Assembly (NCBI GenBank): GCA_035559535.1
Contig: DATMBG010000033.1
Coordinates: 1-61,572, forward strand
Reading direction: 5' to 3'
DNA length: 61,572 bases
DNA from: Candidatus Limnocylindrales bacterium
GTDB lineage: Bacteria > Moduliflexota > Moduliflexia > Moduliflexales > JAUQPW01
Shown here: in pieces, positions 50,641 to 60,124 of the stretch
How the letters are laid out: each line of letters begins with the position of its first letter
How positions within the stretch are numbered: position 1 is the first letter of the stretch
Translations under genes and position numbers: made by a program
Notes under the pieces: model-generated
What the model saw: the letters and a program-made list of their open reading frames with translations, nothing else
What the model was told of the DNA's origin: nothing
Database searches by the model: none

Positions 50641-52326
50641 ATTCATAAACTTTATGGTAATTTAATCGGTTTAAAACCTAATGAACTGAAAAGAATTGAA
50701 CATATCTACCGAAGAAAGATTCCTGCCACCAAAGTCATTACCCAAGAACTGGCTCGCTATTTAACGGAAATTTCCCAGGAAATAGGAAGGCAGATTGGAA
50801 TTCTGGTCAATCGTCGAGGAAATATTGAATATGTCATCGTAGGAGATGCCAAAAGTATTTTTATCCCGGATCTAAGGGGATTCCGTAAAGGATCAAGCCG
50901 ACTTCTGGGGCTTCGATGTTTACATACCCATTTGAAAGGAGAGCCATTAAGCCAGGAAGATTTAATGGATCTGGCCTTACTCCGATTAGACCTCATGGGG
51001 GCTATTAGTGTGCAGCCAGATGGTCTCCCGGGTTTTGCTTACTTGGCTCATCTCCTTCCTAAAAATCTGGAAAACAAGAACTGGCTACTGCTGGATCCTG
51101 TCCACCCCAGCCAGCTGGAGCTGGATTTTGAGCAATTGATTCGATCCCTGGAAGAAGAGTTTGCTCGAGTTCAGGGGGTTAGAGAGTTAGGAGATAACCG
51201 TGAACGGGCCATTTTGGTGAGTGTAACGTCTGGGAGTAAATTCGAGGCAGAGGATTCTTTAGCAGAGCTTAAAGAACTGGCAAGATCCAGCGGAATTCTG
51301 GTCCTGGATTCGGTTCTTCAACATCGTCCGAAACCAGACCCGAAGTTTTTAATGGGAAAAGGAAAACTTCAAGAGCTGGTTCTAAAAGCTCTCCAACTGG
51401 GAGCCGATCTTTTGGTATTTGATCAGGAGTTAACTCCTGCCCAGGTGAGAACCCTGGCAGATTTTACAGATCTTAAAATCATTGATCGGGCTCAACTTAT
51501 TCTGGATATTTTTGCTCAACGGGCTCACAGCCGAGTTGGAAAGGTCCAGGTGGAACTTGCTCAGCTCAAATATATGCTTCCCAGGCTCTCCACCCGAGAT
51601 GATGCATTATCTCGCTTAACCGGAGGTATTGGAGGGAGAGGACCCGGTGAAACAAAGCTAGAAGTTGATCGCAGACGGGTAAAAGATCGCATCCATCGAT
51701 TAGAAAATGAACTCAAACATCTGGCAAAAGGTCGAGAACAACGCCGGTCTCGACGCCTTAAGAAGGAATTACCCATTGTTTCCATTGTAGGCTATACCAA
51801 TGCCGGAAAATCTACTTTACTTAATGCCTTAACCCACAGTCAGGTATATGTAGAGGACCAATTATTTGCTACTTTGGATCCAACCAGTCGAAGGCTTCGT
51901 TTCCCCCGAGATTTAGAAGTAATTATCACGGATACGGTCGGATTTATTCGAGATCTTCCTAAAGATCTCATGGAGGCTTTCCGATCTACCCTCGATGAAC
52001 TGGAAGATGCCGATTTACTCTTGCATGTCGTTGATGTAAGCAATCCTCGATTTGAAGAACAGATTCAGGCCGTTAACAAAATTCTCTATGAGCTCGGGTT
52101 GCATACCAAACCCACATTAATAGTCTTTAATAAAGAAGATAAAGTAGATCCCAAATTAGTCGAGAATCTATGCAGGCTTTATCAGGCGGTTTCTATATCG
52201 GCTCTTCAACCCAATACCCTCTTTAAACTAACCCAGCGGATGGAGAAAGAGCTGATCCGGATACTTGCCCAAAACCCCCTTTCGTTAGAGAAGGAAGAGG
52301 GAGAGAAAGTTCTTGCCTATAACTAA
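50641..52326 (+). CDS. hflX: GTPase HflX (long form), apparent ATT start
   Basis: GYTNAGKS, LFATLD, DTVGF, NKED; frame extends 97 codons upstream of 50932 to ATT 50641 after SD GAGGTG. Confidence 0.93.
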   Translation: MHKLYGNLIGLKPNELKRIEHIYRRKIPATKVITQELARYLTEISQEIGRQIGILVNRRGNIEYVIVGDAKSIFIPDLRGFRKGSSRLLGLRCLHTHLKGEPLSQEDLMDLALLRLDLMGAISVQPDGLPGFAYLAHLLPKNLENKNWLLLDPVHPSQLELDFEQLIRSLEEEFARVQGVRELGDNRERAILVSVTSGSKFEAEDSLAELKELARSSGILVLDSVLQHRPKPDPKFLMGKGKLQELVLKALQLGADLLVFDQELTPAQVRTLADFTDLKIIDRAQLILDIFAQRAHSRVGKVQVELAQLKYMLPRLSTRDDALSRLTGGIGGRGPGETKLEVDRRRVKDRIHRLENELKHLAKGREQRRSRRLKKELPIVSIVGYTNAGKSTLLNALTHSQVYVEDQLFATLDPTSRRLRFPRDLEVIITDTVGFIRDLPKDLMEAFRSTLDELEDADLLLHVVDVSNPRFEEQIQAVNKILYELGLHTKPTLIVFNKEDKVDPKLVENLCRLYQAVSISALQPNTLFKLTQRMEKELIRILAQNPLSLEKEEGEKVLAYN

Positions 52327-52456
52327 GCCCAGGTGGGTCAAAGCAAAAATAAAACGTAAGTAGCCCTCACCTCCAAGGACCAAGAGTCCAAAAAAGAAAT
52401 AACCGATTTTTCCTTATGGCAGGGATGTCCTGGGGGTGAAGGCTTTACGTTTTAGA

Positions 52457-53596
52457 ATGAAATTTCTCCGATCTATTTTTAAGCGAGATTATCAAGAATA
52501 CATAAGACGGGGGAACCTTTTCTTTCAAGAAGGAAAGTGGCATTCGGCTCTTATAGAATACCAAAAAGCTCTGGAAATGTTGGGACCCCAAGAAGAACCC
52601 ATCCATAGATGGATTGAAGAAAAACTACAAAACTCCAGGATTAATCTGGCGGTGGAATATGTTCAAAAAGGGGATACTTATGCGAACGACCAACAATGGG
52701 ACCTCGCCATAGAAGCCTACCAAACGGCCAAAGAGTTATATGGAGAATTTGCTCCGGAGATCGATGAGATTCAGGAAAAACTAGAAATTGCCCTGGAAAT
52801 GCATCAAGAAAAAACGCTCAGCGAAAGATTAAAACATATCGGGCTGGAAGATTCCCTGGGATTTGGCTTTGCAGAACTCAGAAGAATTAAGAATTTCGGT
52901 CTTTATCAAATTGCACCCTATGATATTAGATTCGATGATAGCCGCCACTTTACAGATCGACAAATTGCAGACCTCAAAGCCCGGCTTAAGTTGAACCCTG
53001 AAGACCCGGATCTCCATTTTGACCTGGGAATGGTATATGCGCGATATGGTTTTTTGACCAAGGCCATCGAGGAAATGAAAAAGGTTATCCAAATTTACCC
53101 TACCCACTCAGAAGCCCACTTTGTCCTGGGAAACCTCTATTCGGATTATGGAGATTTACAAGAAAGCCTTCGCTTCCTTAGGAGAAGTATCGAATTGGAT
53201 CCGAAATTCGAACTGGCTTATTACTATCTGGGTCAGCTATATGAAAAACTTCAAGATCCCTCTAAAGCCGAGGAAATGTATCTTAAATTCATCAGACAAC
53301 AGGCAAAAACGGCCATCCTGGATGAAAATGCCCTCCAAGGGTATTTAGCTCTCGGTCATCTTTATAAAAAGCAGGGTCAATATCTGCAGGCTTCGGCCAC
53401 CCTTCAACAATACCTCGAGAAAGATCCCTCCAACGAGGAAGTCTATGCCTGCCTGGGAGAAATTTATACACTCATGGAAGACTGGGAAAAGGCCTCCCAG
53501 TGCTGGAAAAAAGTTCTGGAATTGGAGCCGGAAAGTGAGTTGGCTAAAGAAGCCAGGCAGCATTTAAAAGAACTGGTCGATAAGAAAAAAGGCTAA
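52457..53596 (+). CDS. tetratricopeptide repeat protein
   Basis: Multiple TPR units (AHFVLGNLY, AYYYLGQLY, VYACLGEIY). Confidence 0.9.
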   Translation: MKFLRSIFKRDYQEYIRRGNLFFQEGKWHSALIEYQKALEMLGPQEEPIHRWIEEKLQNSRINLAVEYVQKGDTYANDQQWDLAIEAYQTAKELYGEFAPEIDEIQEKLEIALEMHQEKTLSERLKHIGLEDSLGFGFAELRRIKNFGLYQIAPYDIRFDDSRHFTDRQIADLKARLKLNPEDPDLHFDLGMVYARYGFLTKAIEEMKKVIQIYPTHSEAHFVLGNLYSDYGDLQESLRFLRRSIELDPKFELAYYYLGQLYEKLQDPSKAEEMYLKFIRQQAKTAILDENALQGYLALGHLYKKQGQYLQASATLQQYLEKDPSNEEVYACLGEIYTLMEDWEKASQCWKKVLELEPESELAKEARQHLKELVDKKKG

Positions 53597-53930
53597 TCTT
53601 TACTAAAAGAATAAACCAATTAACGGAAGCCGGGTATGGCCTGTCCGTCGGGCAGGAGAAAGATTTCCGGTACCTTTTTAACTCGAAAAGGATACTCCGC
53701 TACATTATGGCCTGCGATAATAGGAGTAAAGGAGCTTCTTGATACCAGCCGCTCTGAGTTTCATATTTTTCTACCCAGAAAAATCTGATTTATTTCAAAA
53801 CCTCTGTCCACTGGGATACTCTCAAACCTACGGTTTAAGAAAGTTACAAAAGTGTTGAAGAAATTGCCGGTGGAGAATTAAATATGTAAATTAAAATAAA
53901 CCCTCTTTTTTATAACCTGAGGGATCCACC

Positions 53931-54671
53931 ATGAGTGATAGCTTAATTCTAATAGACCGGGAAGCTTTGCTGGCCGAGCTGCGTCAAGCTTTCGATGCGC
54001 AGACTGCGGAAGTTCTTATGCGCGTGCTGGATCGGGTTGCAACCCAGATACATCAGGCGGGTGTGACACGTGAAGATTTTAGTGAGCTGAAGCAGATTGT
54101 GAGGGAGTTAGCAGAAGCACAACATAGAACCGAAGAACAGGTCAGCAGACTGGAGTTGGCTGTGGAACAACTGGCCGAAGCCCAACACAAAACCGAAGAA
54201 CGCTTGAATATCTTTCAAACGGAAACACGGGAAGCCATTGAGAAATTGACCTGGGCTATAGATCGTCTCCAGAAACAGGTTGGTGGATTGAGTGATACGG
54301 TGGGTGGGGATATTGAAAACATCGCTTATATCGTCTTGTATAACGTACTGAAACGCGAGCTTGGCTGGCAGGTCAGTGAATTACATCGGTCTTGGCAAAG
54401 GTGGGATACCGAGCCCGAAGAGGTGAATATCTTTGGAACGGCTACAGATCCGGCAAGGCCGGAAACGACCATCTGGATTGTCGGTGAGGCAAAACACAAC
54501 CTGACCCTCAAAGAGGTCAAGGACTTTATTAAACAAGTCGAACGAGCCCGTCAACACCTTGCAGGGGAGATATTTCCGGTATGTTTTTGCTATCGAGTTC
54601 GGCCTGAGGTAGAACAGATCCTGCGGGATACCGGGATTCGATTGGTCTTCTCCTATGGAAAGCTGGTATAA
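53931..54671 (+). CDS. coiled-coil repeat protein with C-terminal PD-(D/E)XK-like domain
   Basis: LAEAQHRTEE repeats; EVNIFG...VGEAK motif. Confidence 0.75.
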   Translation: MSDSLILIDREALLAELRQAFDAQTAEVLMRVLDRVATQIHQAGVTREDFSELKQIVRELAEAQHRTEEQVSRLELAVEQLAEAQHKTEERLNIFQTETREAIEKLTWAIDRLQKQVGGLSDTVGGDIENIAYIVLYNVLKRELGWQVSELHRSWQRWDTEPEEVNIFGTATDPARPETTIWIVGEAKHNLTLKEVKDFIKQVERARQHLAGEIFPVCFCYRVRPEVEQILRDTGIRLVFSYGKLV

Positions 54672-54689
54672 AGGGAAAAGAGGCCTTCT

Positions 54690-55373
54690 ATGTTTTATTT
54701 TATAAATTTATTCATGGTTTTTTTCTTAATAGGGTGTACCGGCAAGGCACAACCTCCTGCCTCTGAGACGGGCTCTCCAGAACAAATTCCCGAAGGTTTT
54801 CAAAGCCTTTTCGATGGAAAAACCCTTACAGGCTGGCATATGAGTAAAGAAAGTGTCCATGGTAATACCCAAAGCTGGATCATTGAAGATGGCGCGATTG
54901 CCGGAACCCAGGATAGACCGGGTAATGGGGGGCTTCTCCTGACAGATCAAGAATTTGGTGATTTTGAATTGTACCTTGAGCTTATGCCGGATTTTGGATG
55001 CGATAGTGGAATCTTTTTACGGGCTAATGAGCGAGGTCAGGCTTACCAGATCTTAAACGATTACCTTCCGCAAGGAAACGTGGGAGGTATTTATGGAGAA
55101 GGGATAGGCGGTTTTCTCCTTCCGGCCAAGGACTTTCCTAAAGTTTGGAAAAGGGATCAATGGAATAGTCTGCTTGTCCGAATTGAAGGAAATCCTCCCC
55201 ACATCAAGACCTGGATGAACGGACAACCTCTTATGGACTGGACGGATAATCAGAAACGCCTGCCGGATAAAGGAATGATCGGATTGCAGGTACATGGTGG
55301 AACCGATCGATGGGCCCCAGGTCGTTTTACCCGATATCGAAACATAGCCATTAAAGAATTGAATAAACCTTAA
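54690..55373 (+). CDS. DUF1080 (3-keto-disaccharide hydrolase-like) lipoprotein
   Basis: Lipobox LIGC; SLFDGKTLTGW, DSGIFLR, GMIGLQVH, YRNIAIKEL. Confidence 0.9.
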   Translation: MFYFINLFMVFFLIGCTGKAQPPASETGSPEQIPEGFQSLFDGKTLTGWHMSKESVHGNTQSWIIEDGAIAGTQDRPGNGGLLLTDQEFGDFELYLELMPDFGCDSGIFLRANERGQAYQILNDYLPQGNVGGIYGEGIGGFLLPAKDFPKVWKRDQWNSLLVRIEGNPPHIKTWMNGQPLMDWTDNQKRLPDKGMIGLQVHGGTDRWAPGRFTRYRNIAIKELNKP

Positions 55374-55392
55374 AGATAGGGAGTAAGATTCC

Positions 55393-56499
55393 TTGAAAAC
55401 AATCCGCGTTCATCTGGCTAAACACGTTGATCATTCCTATGACCTTAAAATCGGCTCGGGGTTACTTTTTCAAGTGGGACAGGATCTAAAAAATAAACCC
55501 CTTGCAGATCGTTATGCCCTTATCACAGATTCTGAAGTGGCCCCTATTTTCGGAATCCCATTGCTAAAGGATTTTCAAAAAAAAGGTTTACACGTTACGC
55601 TTATTACTTTCCCGGCCGGAGAGGAATACAAAACCCGTGAAACTAAAGCTTACCTGGAGGATGAGATGTTCCGCCAGGGTTTTGGTCGAGACTCGGCCAT
55701 TATCGCTCTGGGGGGTGGGGTGGTCGGAGATATGGCCGGTTTTGTGGCTGCCACCTATAATCGGGGGATTCCCTACATCCAGATTCCTACCACCCTGCTG
55801 GCCCATGTGGATAGCAGTATCGGAGGTAAAACGGCAGTAGATGTCCCCTGGGGAAAAAATCTGGTAGGCGCCTTTTACCAACCTGCAGCCGTTTATATCG
55901 ATATAGATACTTTAAAAACCCTTCCCCTTCGACAGATAAAGGCCGGCCTGGCTGAAATCGTAAAATATGCCGTGATTCAAGATCGATCTCTCTTCGATTA
56001 CCTCCAGGAGAATCAAGACAAAATCTTAAACTTAGAAAGTGAACCGATCATTTATATCATCGGACGATGTTGCGAAATCAAAGCTTATGTGGTTGAGCAA
56101 GATGAACGAGAGGGGGACTTGAGAAAGATCTTAAACTATGGTCATACCATCGGACATGCCATTGAGGCCCTTTGTCAATATCGGATCCTCCATGGAGAGG
56201 GCGTGGCTATAGGTATGACAATAGAAAGCCGTATCGCCCAAGAACTGGGCTATTTAACCGAAGAAGAGGTTCGTTGCCAGAGGAGTTTGTTAGAAGCTTT
56301 CGGGCTTCCGGTCACCCTTCCTTCCCATTTAAACCCCCAGGAAATTATTCAGGCTACTACTTTAGATAAAAAAGCCCGGGGAGGGAAAGCAGAATATGTT
56401 TTACCCAGAAAAATAGGGGAAATGGTCACTATCAACGGTCGTTATGGAATTAGAGTAGACGACGAGATAGTCAGAAAAGTCCTGAGCCATCCAAACTGA
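55393..56499 (+). CDS. aroB: 3-dehydroquinate synthase
   Basis: GGGVVGDMAGF, PTTLLAHVDSSIGGKT, LNYGHTIGHAIE, HGEGV. Confidence 0.97.
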   Translation: MKTIRVHLAKHVDHSYDLKIGSGLLFQVGQDLKNKPLADRYALITDSEVAPIFGIPLLKDFQKKGLHVTLITFPAGEEYKTRETKAYLEDEMFRQGFGRDSAIIALGGGVVGDMAGFVAATYNRGIPYIQIPTTLLAHVDSSIGGKTAVDVPWGKNLVGAFYQPAAVYIDIDTLKTLPLRQIKAGLAEIVKYAVIQDRSLFDYLQENQDKILNLESEPIIYIIGRCCEIKAYVVEQDEREGDLRKILNYGHTIGHAIEALCQYRILHGEGVAIGMTIESRIAQELGYLTEEEVRCQRSLLEAFGLPVTLPSHLNPQEIIQATTLDKKARGGKAEYVLPRKIGEMVTINGRYGIRVDDEIVRKVLSHPN

Positions 56500-56572
56500 A
56501 ATCCGAAGAAAATTTCTAACTTACTCCTTGACAGAGCATAACGAAATAGCTTATAAGGTTAAAGTAGAAAAT

Positions 56573-56644
56573 GGGTGCTTAGCTCAGGGGTAGAGCGCTG
56601 CCTTCACACGGCAGAGGTCACTGGTTCGAAACCAGTAGCACCCA
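56573..56644 (+). tRNA. tRNA-Val(CAC)
   Basis: Acceptor GGGTGCT/AGCACCC, anticodon arm CTGCC-TT CAC AC-GGCAG, GTTCGAA; TTGACA-18-TATAAG upstream. Confidence 0.95.
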
Positions 56645-56764
56645 CTCTCCTTTCCTCCCCCTCCGGATTCGATAGAGTGAAACATTTCGCTTAGACACAT
56701 TACCAACATCCTTAGAGAAGTTTGTAAGCTTGCATTTTGTCAGGTTTTTTCTAAAGTCCCTGGA

Positions 56765-57361
56765 TTGAAAGATTTGAAGAAGATGCAAACGGTTTACAGG
56801 ATAGGGAAACGGTTCTCAAGAGTCGAGAAACTGATACTTATATTACTTCTCGTACTTTTCTCCTTTCCGATGAAAATTTCTGGTCAAGAGACGACCGAGG
56901 ATATTCCCCAACCTAAGGAAGAAGAGTTGATCCCTTCCCCCGATAAAAAACGAGCCCTTGCCATTATTTGTCGTGCTGGACGACCCGAGCTTTGGGTCAT
57001 GGAGATGGATAAAACCCAGAAAAGACAGATAAGCAACCTGGGAAAAGACGAGGGAGTAAAGTCGGCCGTTTGGTCTCCTGATGGAGAATTGATTGCATTT
57101 GTGAGTTATAATCTGGGTGGCCATAGCCCCCTGACCACGACCCATGTATGGGTTGTCCGATATGATGGAAGTGGTTTAAAAAAAGTAACCCTGCCAAAGC
57201 CGAACGAACGGTTTTCAACCTACGACCCTCAATGGAAAGATAACGAAACTTTAATAGTTAAAGCCATAACGCTGCCGGATTTCTCAGAATCTAAATATTT
57301 GTACTCTTATAGAACCGAAAAAATCAAGAAAATCACGTCGGAAAAGGAGAAAGATAAATGA
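56765..57361 (+). CDS. exported protein with TolB/PD40-like repeats
   Basis: Hydrophobic N-terminus, WSPDGELIAFVS; ATGA overlap with the next gene. Confidence 0.75.
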   Translation: MKDLKKMQTVYRIGKRFSRVEKLILILLLVLFSFPMKISGQETTEDIPQPKEEELIPSPDKKRALAIICRAGRPELWVMEMDKTQKRQISNLGKDEGVKSAVWSPDGELIAFVSYNLGGHSPLTTTHVWVVRYDGSGLKKVTLPKPNERFSTYDPQWKDNETLIVKAITLPDFSESKYLYSYRTEKIKKITSEKEKDK

Positions 57362-59415
57362 AGCAAAACTCCCTCTGGGTCATTCTGCTGCTTCTCTTGG
57401 ACATCCTGGCTTCAGAACCTGTATTTTCTCAAACGGAGGGATATACCTCCTTATCGGCTGATCAACTGGTCGGTAATGTATATGGAACTGTAACCGATGC
57501 GGTCACTTCAAAACCTATTCCCGATGCAGACATTTTTCTTCTGGATCCTTCTACCCGGCGAGGTCCCACAGATTATGTTATTCATACCGATAAAGGAGAT
57601 ATCCCGTTGCCTCCACTTCAATCGGCCGTAAGGGCTGGAGTTACCAATAAACAGGGTGAGTTTCTCATTAACTCTGTTCCTACTCCTTTTCCTTTCAAGT
57701 TATATACCATTGTCATAAGAGCTTCTGGATATAATCCCTGTGTGATTGATCAGGCTCGTGTCCTTCCAGGGGCCGCCATGTCTTTGAAAGTGACCTGCAG
57801 ATTAACCAGGGTAACGCGGGGAATCCAAACTGCTATCCTGTTCAAAGGAGATGATCCCAGGGCACCTGTACGGTATCGGCATCAAGAAGTTGTGGTCAGG
57901 GCGATTCCAAAGGTACGTGGGCTGGAGCGTAAGGGATTGGGATATCAGATCTTTGCCACCCGGGAAGGTCTTGTGGGGGGCACTACTGCAAATGGCCATG
58001 TCATCAAGCCACGGGATCATTTTGTTGCCCTGCCCTCTTACCGGGCACTGAACGCCAACGACCGTACCTATGACTTCCAGGTTAGATTAACCTATAAAGG
58101 CAGGTCCGTAGTGGCACCGGTTTGGGACGTGGGACCCTGGAATATTTTCGATGATTATTGGAATCCGGAAAATATCCGAGAGATTTACAAACACCTGCAC
58201 CATGGGGGTAAACCGGGTTTAGGCCCAGGAGTACCCCAGGCCCAGGCAGCATACCTGCAAGGTTATAATGGAAGATGGAGTGGAGACTTCGGAAATAATA
58301 AGGATTTTCAGGTGGTCCGAAATCCGGCCGGCATCGATCTGGCCGATGGAACTTTCTGGGATGATCTAAAAATGAAAGATAACGATTGGATTACGGTGGA
58401 GTTTCTCTGGAGACCGGATGTCAGAGTAGGAAGCCAGGTCCAGACGACCACAGGGTTGAACGTACGATCAACCCCAGCAGGGACCCGGATAGGTCAGGTG
58501 CCTAAAGGTGCCCGTGGAACCCTCACAGGAGGTCCAGAAGGAGCTTCTTACCTGGGGACCTTCTATGTATGGTGGAAGATTCGATGGGATAATGGCCTTA
58601 CAGGATGGTCTGTAGAAAATTGGCTGACGCCCTATAAACCGGTCGCATCAAAGCAGCTTTTCGACTTTAATCAAGATAACCAAACAGACATTCTGTGGCA
58701 ACTCCCGGATGGACGTATCTACGTATGGTTTATGAAAGGAACCACCCAAAATGGAGGGAATTATCTTACTCTCACCCCCTTTGATTCGAGCTGGAAAATC
58801 GTCGCCACAGGAGATTTTAACCAAGATGGACAGGTGGATTTGATCGGACAAAATAAGACAGGTTTACTCTACCTGTGGTTTATGAAGGGTATCCTGGGAA
58901 GTAGCGGCAGGTATCTCAATACCAGCCCAACCGATTCAAACTGGCAAATTGTTGCTACCGGGGATTTCAACGGGGATGGACAGACGGATATTCTCTGGCA
59001 ACATAAAGATGGATGGCTCTATGTCTGGTTCATGAAGGGAATTCTTCAGAATGGAGGGACTTATTTGAACCCTAATAGAAACGATCCAAGCTGGAAAATG
59101 GTGGGAATCGGAGATTTTAATCAGGATAACTCTCCAGATATCCTCTGGCAACATCTGAATGGACGTATTTACCTATGGCTCCTGAAGGGTACAACCCTAC
59201 AAAAAGGCGTTTACCCCAATCCCAATCTGTTGGATTCAAACTGGAAGGTCATCGGAACAGGAGACTTCAACCAAGACGGTCAACCTGACCTCCTCTGGGA
59301 GGATAAGAACGGTCGACTGGTCATATGGCTTATGAATGGAACCACCTTAAATCGAAGTGTTTCTCCCAGCCCAGGCTCAGTTAATTCCACCTGGAGGGCG
59401 ATCGGCCCCAAATAG
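57358..59415 (+). CDS. secreted multidomain protein: carboxypeptidase-regulatory-like, RlpA/DPBB-like, SH3b and FG-GAP repeats
   Basis: GTVTDAVTSKPIPDA; FATREGLVGGTTANGH...DVGPWN...GIDLADGTF; LNVRSTP...WWKIRW..GLTGW; five DFNxDxxxDILW repeats. Confidence 0.8.
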   Translation: MKQNSLWVILLLLLDILASEPVFSQTEGYTSLSADQLVGNVYGTVTDAVTSKPIPDADIFLLDPSTRRGPTDYVIHTDKGDIPLPPLQSAVRAGVTNKQGEFLINSVPTPFPFKLYTIVIRASGYNPCVIDQARVLPGAAMSLKVTCRLTRVTRGIQTAILFKGDDPRAPVRYRHQEVVVRAIPKVRGLERKGLGYQIFATREGLVGGTTANGHVIKPRDHFVALPSYRALNANDRTYDFQVRLTYKGRSVVAPVWDVGPWNIFDDYWNPENIREIYKHLHHGGKPGLGPGVPQAQAAYLQGYNGRWSGDFGNNKDFQVVRNPAGIDLADGTFWDDLKMKDNDWITVEFLWRPDVRVGSQVQTTTGLNVRSTPAGTRIGQVPKGARGTLTGGPEGASYLGTFYVWWKIRWDNGLTGWSVENWLTPYKPVASKQLFDFNQDNQTDILWQLPDGRIYVWFMKGTTQNGGNYLTLTPFDSSWKIVATGDFNQDGQVDLIGQNKTGLLYLWFMKGILGSSGRYLNTSPTDSNWQIVATGDFNGDGQTDILWQHKDGWLYVWFMKGILQNGGTYLNPNRNDPSWKMVGIGDFNQDNSPDILWQHLNGRIYLWLLKGTTLQKGVYPNPNLLDSNWKVIGTGDFNQDGQPDLLWEDKNGRLVIWLMNGTTLNRSVSPSPGSVNSTWRAIGPK

Positions 59416-59602
59416 AAAATCTTTTCCTTGACGTAGATCTTCCACACGCCATAAATTAACCCTAGTTCTATTTACTGTTTCTTTAATCCTGTTTGCGAAC
59501 TTTGTACTTTCTCCATAAAACTTTATCCTCATAAGTTAGAGAAGAAGGGTATAAAGAACGCGAAAATAAGAAATATCAGAAACGTATTAAAACAAGATAG
59601 AT

Positions 59603-60040
59603 ATGGAAACAGAGGATTTCTATAAAAACCTTCGAAAGAAAGTCCAGGATTGGGCAGCCCATGAAGGAAAAAACAGTAAATGGATAGAATACGTCCTGTT
59701 GGCACCGGATTTATTCTATCTACTCTGTAAGCTCATGTTCGATTCAAGAGTTCCATCAGGCCATAAAGCGAAACTTGGCCTTGCTCTGGCCTATTATGTC
59801 TCTCCTGTGGATGTTATTCCTGAGTTCCTGCTAGGCCCCTTGGGATACCTGGATGATATTGCCGTCAGTGCTTATGCTTTAAACCTGATGTTGAATACCC
59901 TGGATCCAAATATTATAAAAGAAAATTGGCCTGGAGAAGGAGACATCCTGGAATGGGTCAAAAAAATTGTGGCTCAAGCCGATCAGATGGTGGGGAGCGG
60001 TCTATGGAATAGAATCAAGCAGAACCTGGAATCAAAATAA
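59603..60040 (+). CDS. YkvA/DUF1232 family membrane protein
   Basis: ALAYYVSPVDVIPEFLLGPLGYLDD. Confidence 0.9.
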   Translation: METEDFYKNLRKKVQDWAAHEGKNSKWIEYVLLAPDLFYLLCKLMFDSRVPSGHKAKLGLALAYYVSPVDVIPEFLLGPLGYLDDIAVSAYALNLMLNTLDPNIIKENWPGEGDILEWVKKIVAQADQMVGSGLWNRIKQNLESK

Positions 60041-60124
60041 ACCTTTCAGGTTTTAAAATAAAAGCAAATTAGACCAGCTTACCTGTGGGTTTTGCAAGAG
60101 GACCGGAAAGAGATCTAAAGAGAA

